A DNA stretch of 64,000 nt, from contig NC_045696.1 in NCBI RefSeq assembly GCF_009834535.1, forward strand, positions 53,880,001-53,944,000. The letters are read 5' to 3'. The notes below the pieces were generated by a model, which was given only the letters and a program-made list of their open reading frames with translations, searched no databases and had not been told where the DNA came from. Below are positions 24,377 through 36,370 of the stretch, piece after piece; within the stretch, counting starts at the first letter, position 1; each line of letters opens with the position of its first letter. This DNA comes from Camelus ferus. Lineage: Eukaryota. The position numbers were made by a program, and so were the translations under genes.

Positions 24377-27300
24377 ACTGGCAAACTTGGAAAAAAAAAT
24401 TAGAAACTTGATCAATAACCACTTAAAAATTTGAAATGGCAATTAGAGGCACCCTGCTACCTCTAAGCAGAAAGTTGCATAAGAAGATCAAAATCTGGAA
24501 GAAAAGATAATTCCTATCTTAAACAAATTGCTCAAGAAAATAGAAAAAAAAAAAAAAACCACTATGATTCTAAAGATTCTAAAATTAGTAAGGACAATTC
24601 AAAAACATTAACAATTTTATTTAGGAGCATAGAGAAAACCCTAAATAAGAATTATCTAACCAAATTCAACAGACTATTAAAAAAATAAATTTACCAAGCA
24701 AAATAGTCTTTATCTATCAATATAAGGTACCTATTCACTAATTTTCTTCTAAAGGAGAAAAGAGTCATCCAGTTTTTCTAAAGGTAGAAGAATAAACTTT
24801 TGATAAAGTTATATATACGTGTGTATATGTATGTATATGTATATATATATATAGAGAGAGAGTGAGTATTAACAAAATGAAACAAACCAGTAAACAAACA
24901 AAATCTCTCAGAATACCTGGAATAGTAAAGTGCTTCTGGAACTTTATAAAGATTATTTATCAAATCTATAGTAAGCATCCCACTAAAAGGCACTCCTCAC
25001 AGATCTGGAAAAAAGACAAAGATGTCTATTATTACTGTTGCCATTCGATATGGTATTAGACGTTCTGACCAATGCAAAAGCACATGAAAAAGAAATAAGA
25101 ACTACAAGGACTGAAAGAATTACAACAAAGCTATAACTATTTGCAGATAGTATCACCATTTACATAGAAAAATCAACAGATTTTTCATATAAACTATTAG
25201 AACTCAAAATAAAATAATTATAAGTAAGATCAACTTGCACAAACCAGTGTCATTCATCTATTTTGCGTGAACAAATATATCCATCTATCTAATACCAGAA
25301 ATAGCCAATTGAAGATATAAGAGATAGTAAGTGCCATTTATAACTACAAAAGATAGAAAGTATCTGGAAATTACCTTGGTCAAAGTACACAAAGTCTTTA
25401 CAGAGAAAATTTTAAAAGTCTATTATAACTTATAAAAGTACAATTAAATAAAAAGGGATTGATACCACGTTCACAGGTGAGATAACATTGTAAAGATGTG
25501 TATTATCTATAGATTAATCTAAAGGTTAAATGCAACTCCCAATCAACATACTCAGCAGAGTTATTTTAAAGAAATTCAACAAATTTATTCTAAAATGTAT
25601 ACAAAAAAATAAAAATTATAGATCACTAAATCCACTTTAAAAGGGTGGATCACAGAAAACCTTACAAGCACTAAGATACATTATAAAGCTATGGTAATGA
25701 AAATATAATAAAGTTGCCACAGAAATAAATAAATAGACCAAATGAGACAGAATAAAGAGTGTATAAATGGATCTATGCATATATAGGGACTATATAAATG
25801 ATAAAATAGTAATACAGATCTATAAAGGAAATTATGTAAAAAAAATTTGGGTAAAAATAGGTTCATTAAATGGAGAATGATAAAGTTGAACCTCTACATT
25901 ATAGTTAGATACAAAGATGAATTCCAAACAGATTTATAATCTCTGTGAAAAGTAAAATAATAATGATAATAGGAGAAATTAAGTAAATATATTTGTCACC
26001 TTAGGGGTGGGAACGTAATTTTTAAACAAGACTCAGAAAGCACACACTATAAAGCAAATAGTAAGATAATCATTGGCTTTGACTACGCTGGAAATTAAAT
26101 ATTTATGTTCCTTGCAGGTTATTGTTGATAAAAATTGAAAGATGACTCACTTGAGAGGCTATTTAAAGTCTTAAAAGGATTAATATCAAGAACATGCAAG
26201 AAATTCTTGAAAATCACCTAGACCAAAGCAAAAAACTCAATAGAAAATGAGTTGAGAATTCAAAAATACAGTTCACAGAAAGAAAAAAAATATGCAGAGA
26301 AAAACTACAATTAATCAGAAAAATATAAATTAAAACTACCTTGAGATACCAATTTACACCCATCTAATAGGCAAAAAAATTAAAGTTGGATCATAACAAA
26401 TGTTAACAAGAATATAAGGAAACAAGATTTTATTGGTAGGAATGCATAAAATGGTTTAGCCAAACTAAAGAACTGTCTGGCAGAACTTAATACAATTATG
26501 CATGTGTTAAACTGAGGAAGTTTGTTCATCCCACTACTGGAAATGTACTTATTGCACAACAGCCTTCAGAATGAAGTGCCTCTGAAGGTACTCAAAAACT
26601 ACACAAGGAGGTATGCCAGCACAAATAATTCCAAGTGAATCTGTTTTCTGATCCTCAAATTCCTTGTAGTCTTAAATTCATCTGCCAATTTTCTTCTTTC
26701 CCACTATTTCTCTGATTACTGCTCTTCTTCCACTCTGAGAAGGAAGGCTTACCTCTCCCCCATCCAGAGGCTTATTATGGGACATTTCCTCAGGAGGAAT
26801 CTTGATTCACCCTGAATCTCTGATTCAAACGGACAATGTGAAATCTGTAGGGTGATGTGTTAAATTAGAAGCAGGGCATTTTGGTCAATGTGGGATATTC
26901 TGAACTCACAGATATCAAAGAATATGGCAGAGGAGTGAAGACATTGTTCACTACTTCATTTTTTCCAACCTCGACTACTGTCAAAGAAAGCAGGGGTCCC
27001 AAGGAAGAGGCCCATGGCAGAGGAAAGCCAATGAAGTGCTGCTAAAGAAGCTGATGATGCATCATGCCATCCAGGTAAATACAGTACTCAAAGAATGAGT
27101 CCGTGTCTTTTCTAAAATTATAAGATTCAAATCTGTAGGAAGTCTGATGGACAATAGTAATCTGTTATGAAAGGCTCTCTCTCTGCCTTCCTTTTATTTT
27201 TATGAGAAAGGCCCAGGGAGATCGTTTCATTCACCCTGTGTGGTTCTCTGCCTCGGTTGCATACCTTGCATGATTCAAAGAAAAAGGGAGGAAATTTTCC

Positions 27301-27729
27301 ATCTTTATTTCTCATAGATTAACATTAAATGTTTAAATTAAAAAGAAAAAAAAAACTTACGTAAGAGTTTTTTATATGTCTTGAACATTTATTTAGATCC
27401 TTAGGAGGAACACTTTAATGAAATTTTAGGAGAATTTTATATAGTATATTAAAGCATTTAAGACTTAAAGACCTGTCATGGCAAAGAATTAAGAAAAAAT
27501 TTACATTTTAATTCCTGTATAATTTTTGTTGCAGAGTGTTATAATAGGATGATTAATATATTTTCAAATGTGAAAACAAAATTTCGCTAGAATAAAATTA
27601 TGTGAGAGAAGTGGAATGGGAATTCAAGGTCAAGGAGAAAAAGAAACAATACAAAGTTGTTGACATTTAAAGGTTTTGATTAGGTATTTTTACCCTTTTT
27701 AGAATGATGGTTAATATCAAGATTTTATG

Positions 27730-30280
27730 GTATGTCCAGACTGTTTGCTCTAAGTACCATTTATGTATTGACTAAAAACAAAACAAAATAATGACAAAAA
27801 AAAAATGGTCTTTTGAAAAATGGCTGATTCTACATCTGGAGCAGGGCACTTATGTCTTGCCACAACTGAAAGAAACAATAGGAAAGACTACAAGGGTCAT
27901 ATCAAAAGGACACAAATGCCAGCTTAAAGAGCTTCCACAGCCAAAACTGGGAACTTCTGAGCAACAAATAAATAAAATAATAATAATGACTGCAATAAAT
28001 TAAAAGATATATAAAGGAAAGGGGCTTTATTGGTAGGAATGTATACAATGATATATAAAAGTCCAGAAGTTCACAACGATTAAAAAAAATCCTCATTCCT
28101 AACTGTTAAAGGTTGCTAGGGCAATATCTCATTATTTTGAAAACTGATAAAGGGAAAAGATCAAGTGTTTGTCTTGTCTTTCCCACAGAAGCTATTTTTC
28201 AGAGTAACCAAATAGTTGATAAGGAAAATGTCCTCTTTGTAGGGAACCACAGATAATAAATACAGAAAGAATGATGGAATAACAAAGGCAGAATTTTGTA
28301 ACTTCAGTAAAATACTGGGTATAATGATCTCAGGCAGCTTCTAAAACTATCTGACTGGCTTACGATGAATTTTAAATGGATGGATCAGGCTGGCCACACT
28401 TGAGGCCACTGATGACTTTTAGCCTCACTAACAGTAGGACAACGTGCAATGATGTGCCTCCTGAAATTAACAATGCTTAATTTCATTCAACTGCTAGGTC
28501 CAACTTTCAGTTTCTAGGAGATGTGGAGGAAATGGCATATTTAAACAATACTATGAAGACGCAATTGTGAAGACACATTAATCATATCAAGAGTATGGAA
28601 CTTCTATAAGATCAAAAAAAATGCAGTTTCTTCAATAAATAAATGGCATGGAAACTTCTAAACATAAAATAAACAAATACAGAATAAATATGATTTTAAA
28701 AACATTTTTAACAGGAAATATATTTGGAAAGAGACTCAAAGGAAATATGTCAAAGGCATTGTGTGAACTGATTCAAATAAGCAGAACGAGTAATTTTTAA
28801 ACAAACAGGGAAAATTAAGCACATACTGAGTATTAGGCACTATTAAGAGATTATTGTAGACTTCTGAATGATGACCATTCTGACTAATGTCAGGTGATAC
28901 CTCACTGTAGTTTTGATTTGCATTTCTCTGATAATTACTGACACTGAGCATTTTTTCATGTGCCTATTGATCATTTGTATTTCTTCCTTGGAGAATTGCT
29001 TGTTTAAGTCTTCTGCCCATTTTTGGATTGGGTTATTTGTTTTTTTCTTATTAAGTCATATGAGCTGCTTAAATATTCTGGAGATCAAATCTTTGTTGGT
29101 TTCATCGTTTGCAAAAATTTTCTCCCATTCCACAGGTTGTCATTTTGTTTTACTTATGGTTTCCTTTGCTGTGCAGAAGCTTGTAAGTTTAATTAGGTCC
29201 CATTTGTTTATTCTTGCCTCTGTTTCTATTGCTTATGACAAATGCTGGAGAGGCTGCGGAGAAAAGGAACCCTCCTACACTGCTGGTGGGAATGTAGTTT
29301 GGTGCAGCCACTGTGGAAAACAGTATGGGGATTCCTCAAAAGACTAGGAATAGACTTGCCATATGACCCAGGAATCCCGCTCCTGGGCATATATCCAGAA
29401 GGAATCCTACTTCAAAAAGACACCTGCACCCCAATGCTCGCAGCAGCACTATTTACAATAGCCAACACATGGAAACAGCTTAAATGTCCATCAACAGATG
29501 ACTGGATAAAGAAGAGGTGGTATATTTATACAATGGAATACTATTCAGCCATAAAAAATGACAACATAATGCCATTAGCAGCAACATGGATGTCCCTGGA
29601 GAATGTCATTCTAAGTGAAGTAAGCCAGAAAGAAAGAAAAATACCATGTGAGATTGCTCATATGTGGAATCTTAAAAAAAAAAAAAAAAAAAGAACATAA
29701 ATACAAAACAGAAACAGACTCATAGACATAGAATACAAACTTGTGGTTGCCAAGGGGTGGGGGTAGGAAGGGACAGATTGGGTGTTCAAAATTTGTAGAT
29801 ACTGACAGGCATATGCAGAACAGATAAACAAGATTATACTGTATAGCACAGACAAATATACACAAGATCTTATGGCAGCTCACAATGAAAAAAATGTGAC
29901 AATGAATATATGTATGTTCACGTATAACTGAAAAATCATGCACTACACTGGAATTTGACTCAACATTGTAAAATGACTATAACGCAATAAAAAATGTAAA
30001 AAAAAGATTATTGTAAAGTGTGCTGGTTGGGGTATAAAGGTATTATGATTTTTGTGTGTCAGATATGCATTTTACAATATTTGTGAGTAAAATTATATGG
30101 TGTCTGTCATTTGCTTTGAAATACTCCAACAAACAGAAAAAAATATATTGGGAGGATATATAAGCAGCAGGAATGAAGAGATGTTCATTTTGTTGGAGTT
30201 AGGTGATAGGTACATAGAGGTTCATTGTACTTGTCTATTTTTTATGTTTTTAAATTACCATAATAAAGATTTTTTTAAAA
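27730..30280 (+). mobile_element. L1MC4/L1ME-type 3' UTR, split by a younger L1 at 28859-30001
   Basis: AAAATGGCTGATTC..GGAGCAGGG, TCAAAAGGACACA..GCCAGCTT; resumes after 30015 and ends GGTACATAGAGGTTCATTGTACT..CATAATAAAG. Confidence 0.75.
28859..30001 (+). mobile_element. Young L1 with 5' inversion (28859-29234 antisense; 29235-30001 sense)
   Basis: TSD AAGAGATTATTGTA (28845-28858) / AAAAGATTATTGTA (30002-30015); ORF 29242-29700 is the L1 ORF2 C-terminal Cys-rich region ([40 protein letters not shown]). Confidence 0.93.
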
Positions 30281-30499
30281 CGTGTTGTATTCAGATTCCA
30301 TAGGATGCATTTAAAGAGTAATGTAGCGTCTGTAATTTAAACATTTACTAATGTTGCAAATCATACGTTTTATAATTATTTAGATTTGTAATGAAATAGG
30401 TTTTGCTGTGCAATTAATAATGTGCAAGGAAATAGATCATTTTTCAAATTACTTTCATGGGTACAGGAGCATAAAACTTTGAAAACATCAGAGAAATTA

Positions 30500-31232
30500 T
30501 TTTCCAGATATCTGACCCTTCTTCCCTACTATCTGAGTTGGTAAGTCACAATAGAGATTTAAGAAAACATATACTCACTCTCTTAGCCTCTCTTATATCT
30601 GAGTCTAGTCATGTGCCCCAATACTGACCAGTAAAATGAAGAGCTAGTTTTGCTGGGGCATTCTGGGAAATATTTTCTTTCATAACAAAATGAGATCAAG
30701 TGCTCCCCTGATGCCCTGACTCCTACGCCCTTGTCCGTGTGACTTTTGTAAGAGTGTCATACAAGAATGTGATATTAGAAACTTCTGCAGCCATCTAGTG
30801 AAAAGTGAAGAGACATCATCTGAGGGTGACAGAAAAAGTTGGAGATTGTGCTCTGCAGACGCAAAACTAAGACAATGTTTAGGGACCAGAATCTGTGAAA
30901 GGAAATTGGAAGAAGCCACAACTGGCAGAGGAAGGCACCAAGCTCCAATGCAGGTCCACTAAAGTCTCAGCTGAAACACACTGAGCTCTTGAACAAAGTA
31001 TTTCCAGAAGGCCCGGTGGGACAAACCTTTAAAGCCAAACCTCAGCCTTGCTCAGTCACCAGAGGCAAGCTTCCTTGGGAAGAGGTGTCAGAGGCGAGGT
31101 GGCTCACTAGAGCTGAGGCTGACCTTGAAGGAGCTGACTTTGACAGTGGCTGTCTGCTTAATGCAGACTGCATCTACCATAGAACCCTAATTCTTGATGT
31201 TATTGTTGAGCCTCTAAACAAATCCTGGGACA
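30500..31232. mobile_element. Old ERVL/MaLR LTR (LTR33/MLT1K-like) with an LTR16-like LTR nested at about 30847-31180
   Basis: TTCTGGGAAATATTTTC, CTTCTGCAGCCATCT, GTTGAGCC..AAACAAATCCTGG; nested part has GCTGAGGCTGACCTTGAAGGAGCTGAC and CCTTGCTCAGTCA. Confidence 0.55.
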
Positions 31233-31237
31233 TCTTC

Positions 31238-31422
31238 TTTCTTTCTTTTTTTTTTTTTTTATTATTTTTAGTAAAGTGTAGTCAATTTACAATGTTAGTT
31301 TCATATGTATAGCAAAGCGATTCAGTTACATGTATAACTGAATACATATATATTTTTTTCAGATTCTTTTTCATTACAGCTCATTGAGAGAAACTGAATA
31401 TATTTCCCTGTGTCATACAGGA
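31238..31422 (-). mobile_element. Short L1 3' end (artiodactyl type)
   Basis: Poly-T then AAGTGTAGTCAATTTACAATGTTAGTTTC..GATTCAGTTA..CCCTGTGTCATACAG; degenerate TSD CTGGGACATCT/CTGGAACACCT. Confidence 0.85.
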
Positions 31423-32059
31423 GGCTGGAACACCTATTTCTGATGTTAGCCAATCAAGAGAGGTTCAGTGAGGGTAGATGAGGTTTGAGAAACAGGAACA
31501 ACCTTACTCTGCCTGGAGCATCTTCTCCAGGACAGGTGTGGTCAGATAGAAGAGTAAAAGGTAAACAGGTCCTAATTCCAAAGGGCCTTCTCTATATTTA
31601 TTTGCTAAGTGGTTCAAATCATATCCTAAGTTGTTAAGATCAAAGGGGATCAATGAAAATTTTAAGTCGGAGAGTCAGAACAGATTTTCAGTTTTGATAA
31701 CACTTTGCCTGCACAAGCTTTGAGTGATCCAAGGTTTGGGGCAGGTAGAACAGGCAAGAGATAGGGTAGCATGCCTTGAATAGTGGCACCGAGAATGGAA
31801 ATTAATCAACACAGCTTCAGCCACGTGTATGTTTTACACAGTAACTGAACAAGGGTGCAGACAGAATGGGGTAAGATTTGCCAGAAGACAAATATGAGGA
31901 GTTGGTGGTGAGCCTGAGACACAGTCCTTCAAACAGAAAATCTAGTCAGGGGGGTTCCTGGATCAAGAGATCATCAGGATGACTTCTGCCTATTCAATAC
32001 TCTAGAAAAATTATATGAAGATATAAATGCATCTATGCACTTATAATAAGGGCTTTCAA

Positions 32060-32250
32060 TGGGTTGGGCTGAGCCTAAGTTTAAAATCAACTTGGTTGCT
32101 TGCAAGCTGCTTACCTGAGAAAACTTGCTCACTTCTCTTCTCCTCAGTACCTATCTCAGAGGTTTGTTGGAGGGTTAAGTGAGAAACAGTGACATAAAAT
32201 TCCTGATATATAATAAACCCTAAACAAATAGAAGCTGTTTTTATTACTTA
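32060..32250 (+). mobile_element. MIR
   Basis: TACCTATCTCAGAGGTTTGTTGGAGGGTTAAGTGAGA..CCTGATATATAATAA. Confidence 0.65.
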
Positions 32251-32889
32251 TGTCATCCAGGAAAGATGAAAATAAAACTTTTAAAAAGATAAATAAATTG
32301 GTTCTATAAGAAGGAGAAGGCTATCAACAATTAAAAGCATAGCAAAAAAAGAAAGGAAAATAAAAAGATTTAGGACGAGTAATAAATACAAAAATGCCCC
32401 ATTACTTATAAAGAATGGGTGACTCCAAAATTCATAAATCTGAATAAAGTATGCACATGAACCTTCCAAATATGTTGTAAGAAGTGATTTGTGTGTACAG
32501 TGCCATGCAAACTTAATATGCTAATTATATCATTCCATTATGTCCAATTAAATTCTATTATCTCTTTATTTTCACACCAGACCTTTTTGTTTGTTTTCAT
32601 GACAAATATGTGTTTTAGGAAACTTGTTTGCTAAGGACAATTTAAGTTTAAAGTACAGCTATTTATTTGCAAACTTCAGTCTGTGTATAAAATTGATAAG
32701 ATAGGAAAGTGATATACCGGGCTTCAAACAGGAAAAATAGGTCCCTGACATAATGACTAGAGCATGCATTGCCACCGCTTGCCAAAAAGAATGAACCGTG
32801 CATTCTTTTTTCTACCTCCCTATGTCAGCCTCGAGCAAGAGCCTCCGGAATGCAAATCTTGGGTTCATATATTCTCCCTATTATTCTAA

Positions 32890-33150
32890 TTAGATTAATA
32901 TTTTATACCAATGTACAGAAAAAGGGCCAATCACATTTATAGATGACACAAGATAGAAGGGGGAGACCATCATATAGGATTCAAAAAGATTTTGACAGGC
33001 TGAAACATGGGCGCAAACTAACAAGATGTGATTAAAGTATGGATTAATGTAAAATTCTGCCTTAAGGTTTAAGACATACATGATGGAGAAAACTTGATTT
33101 AATATATTTTCTTAGAGGAAAAAGAAGGCTGATTTTATTGACTATACAAA
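32890..33150 (+). mobile_element. CR1/L3 LINE reverse-transcriptase fragment
   Basis: Translates in pieces to FIDDTR (32936-32953; cf. FADDTK) and IQKDFDRLK (from 32979; cf. IQKDLDRLE), followed by NKM and CKIL remnants. Confidence 0.75.
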
Positions 33151-34207
33151 AAAAGGGGGAGGGCGAATAATAGTACTGTATTGTACTATAGCCTATATAT
33201 CAGTACTGCTTAAAAAAAAAAACTATTATCTTTTTATAATACTTTCATATAGTAATGCACTAAATCCACCAAATGTATTCTCTATTATGTGCCTGGCATT
33301 GGGAAAATCTCTGTGAGAAATTCAGAGACTTTGTAGGAGGCCTTAAGATTTACCAAATCAAGAGATAAATTGGTCCCACTGTATATGGTCCTTCATATAA
33401 TTATTGAAGCCCTACTATGGATAAAGCATGGGAATTGCTATGAGGTAGCAACAGATAAAAGATAGTCACTGCTTATAAAAGTCTGTAATTTATTACAGAT
33501 CATAAGATGGGGAGATATTCTTCTTAAATTCTGAGATTTCAGACTTACTACAAAGTACTACTCAAAGAAACCCAATATTCAGTGGATGAATTAATCATAT
33601 ACTCACATACCCATCCACAGATACATTCCTGTACAGAGTTCATAGGTAAATATTCAGAGGGTTTACATCTGGTCATGGCGAAGGGGGTGGCAGCCTCACC
33701 TTGGTATCAATGTGGATGAAATTCTATTTACAGGTCTTGGTAGGTCTCAGTTCCTCCACCATTCTAGCCTCTTTGATTTCCCCAGATCTTTTTTCTTTTC
33801 TTTTTTAACTATTAGTTCCTATTTAATAAAGCTGATTTCTGGATTGCTTGATTTAGAAAAGAGAGATGTTAATCAATTAATCTGGTAATCTATCTGATTT
33901 GTTGACAAGCCAAAGGCCTAGGAAGTAAGACAACTCCCCTCATCCTACAAGGTCAGCTGAATTTTGGCAGCTCCATTTTAATCTTGGTTTGATACACATC
34001 ATCAATTCTGCTTTCTTAGAACCTTGTTTTCAGGCAGCTCAATATCCATGTGGACCCACTGTATAATCACTCTCTATACGATTCTCTTTCTCCTTTCACT
34101 TTTTATCTACATAGATTTACTGATAGCCCAATGATACCATCATGCTTTACTTATAACACTGTACAACCATCTCTACAACTACTTATCCATGATTTTTTAG
34201 CAACTGT

Positions 34208-34370
34208 AAATAATAATGGCCAACATTTACATAGTGATTATGCTTCTTATGTACCTGGAAGTCTTGTAAGTTCTCTACATACAATAACTCATTTAATCCT
34301 TCAAACAGGTCTATGATGTAGTCACTATTATTATCTCCAAATGCTATTAAGACAGTCTCGGTAATATTTT
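34208..34370 (-). mobile_element. MIR
   Basis: AATAATGGCCAACATTTACATAGTG..TATGTACC..AACTCATTTAATCCTTCAAAC..TATTATTATCTCCA. Confidence 0.8.
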
Positions 34371-35589
34371 GATCCATAGATCCTCACACAACACAATTTG
34401 ATTAGAAAACCTAAGAGAAAGATTGTTTTCTACTAAGGGCATTATGTAGGAAGATACCATATGATTTGATGGATGTCAAAAATTTTCATGAAAGAGAATA
34501 AACAAGGTAGGGACTTAATGGGGACGTGAAACGCACATTTCAGGAACAGGTATGAATAAAGCACCAAGGTAAGGAGGTACAAGGTATGTTAGGAAGACAC
34601 CTAGACAGCAGGCTAGAAAGCAATCACAAAGGCTCTGAATGCCATGTTGAGGATTTGGGGCTTTATTCTGTGTAAAACAAACAAACAAATTATTTCAGAA
34701 ATAGAATGATTTCTCTCCTCATACATTAAAAAGAAAAAGAAAAAGAAAGAATATGCTTTACTGATCAGCATCTCACAGATAGCAAATTATACCCATCCTT
34801 CCTGGAGGAGTCTGGGCTGGGCCTCCCAAGAGTTCCCAAGAAAATGCTACAGTTTGAAGATGTAAAAACCTTTTGACCTTCAAGCTGTTTCATCTTTCAG
34901 TGACCCCTGAGCAGTACTACAGCTGAATTCCACCAACACAAGCACACCTAATACACCTATCAATATGCTGAATACCCCAAGGCACAGTTATCATCAATAT
35001 TTTTCCTGGTCTACTATACAAAGTTTATACAAACTCTGTATGTGAAGTGTGACTAAGAGTATAAGAAAATGAGTATTTTCACAGCCACACTAGAACTTAT
35101 ACACCCATGTGAGTGCTTCACTCCGTGGGTATGAACTTGCCCTTTACTGCTGATGCCATTGTCAAAAACCTGCAGGGAATGACTTTCAAACCCAGGTCCT
35201 AAGCCCCATGAGAAAGGCAGTTTTCTTATTTTACTTATACATTTTGTTATTGAGGCCAGATGGAATTAAAATTGGAATTACCCACACTACTCACCCTTCT
35301 TAGCTTAAAAATAACTTTTGGCTCTTTGCAAAAAGGAAATTCATACTCAAAGCAAGGAGATTCACTATCAGCTTAGGAACAATAGCTACCATTTTTCAGC
35401 ACTTAACATGTTCTGGAAACTGTGGTGGTAAAAGTGATAGAGGTGTATGATCTATTATGTGTGTTAAGCCATGATGTAACTTGGATATAGTTGAGTTAAA
35501 TATTAATAACAAAGTCACACAGTTAGATATAATTAAGTATGAAAAAACCAAACTGGAACATGGTATGAAGAGTATATAGAATGAATATT

Positions 35590-35770
35590 TCTGCAGTACA
35601 GTGAGTGGTTAAGAGTTGATGACATAGATGAAGGTATCTGGATTTTAAATCTTGGCTCCAACACTTGATGTCTGGTCTTGGGATGATTATTTGTAACTTC
35701 CCTTGATTTCTTCATCTTTAAAATTACAGAAAAATGCACAGTATGTACACTGTACTTAACAAAGTAGTTG
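35590..35770 (+). mobile_element. MIR
   Basis: GAGTGGTTAAGAG..AATCTTGGCTCCAACACTT..TTTCTTCATCTTTAAAAT. Confidence 0.7.
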
Positions 35771-36070
35771 GTGCAGGCTCTTGGCTGGTTGGTTTTGGGA
35801 GCTTCAGCTTGGAAGGCTTGTCTCTGTTCCACGTGGCCTTCCCATCCTTCAACAGGCCAGGCTTCTTCATATGGTGGTTTCCAGACTGAACTTCAAAAGG
35901 ATGAAAACAGAAGCTCCAAGGCCTCTCGACGCCTAGGCTCAGGACTCCTATATCATTCCACCACATCCTTTTGGTCCAAGCATCTCACATGTTCTACTCA
36001 GATTCAAGGGGTAGAGAAATAGACTCAACTGCCTGATGAGAAGAGCAGCAGTCACATGACTAAGAAGTCT
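35770..36070 (-). mobile_element. MaLR LTR fragment (MLT1)
   Basis: AGAAGCTCCAAGGCCTCT..GCCTAGGCTC..CCACATCCTTTTGGTC..CAGATTCAAGGGGTAGAGAAATAGACTC. Confidence 0.75.
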
Positions 36071-36109
36071 GCAAATGCATATGGGATAGAAGGAGTTTAG
36101 GGCAAAGAG

Positions 36110-36370
36110 GAACTTCTGAAGGACTTTGAGAGGAATATCTAGAAGATCAAATTTGCTTTTAAATGATTATCTGTCTACTGTGTGGAGAATGGATGGAGAG
36201 AAAAGACTAGAAACAGAGAATCTAGCTGGGGTGCAATTACAGTAACCCACTTCAGAAATGATGGTGACCTGTAACAGGCAGTGGCAGTAAGATAGATGGA
36301 AGTGGACAAATGGAGAAGCTATTACAAGATACAGAATCAAAAGACTTGGCAAATACGACTGGCTTTGGAA
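36110..36370 (-). mobile_element. L2 fragment
   Basis: CTACTGTGTGGAGAATGGATGG..AATGATGGTGACCTG..GGCAGTGGCAGT..AGAATCAAAAGACTTGG. Confidence 0.7.

Larger units (their letters stand above)
23110..26550 (+). mobile_element. Old, highly degenerate L1M ORF2 region, interrupted by a SINE and an MLT1 LTR
   Basis: GGGCACAGCTAAAGCAG..CTTGAGG and ATTAGAAAGGAAGAAA motifs; RT motif remnant CTATTTGCAGATAGT (LFADS) at 25137-25151; AGATACCAATTTACACCC near 26345. Confidence 0.85.

Noticed and set aside
28913..29700. ORFs of 144 aa and 152 aa
   Set aside because: L1 ORF2 remnants (antisense and sense parts of the inverted L1) with frameshifts; not host genes
32105..32130. Minus-strand TTTTCTCAG|GTAAGC motif
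   Set aside because: Inside a decayed MIR, with an AG just upstream and a very short tract
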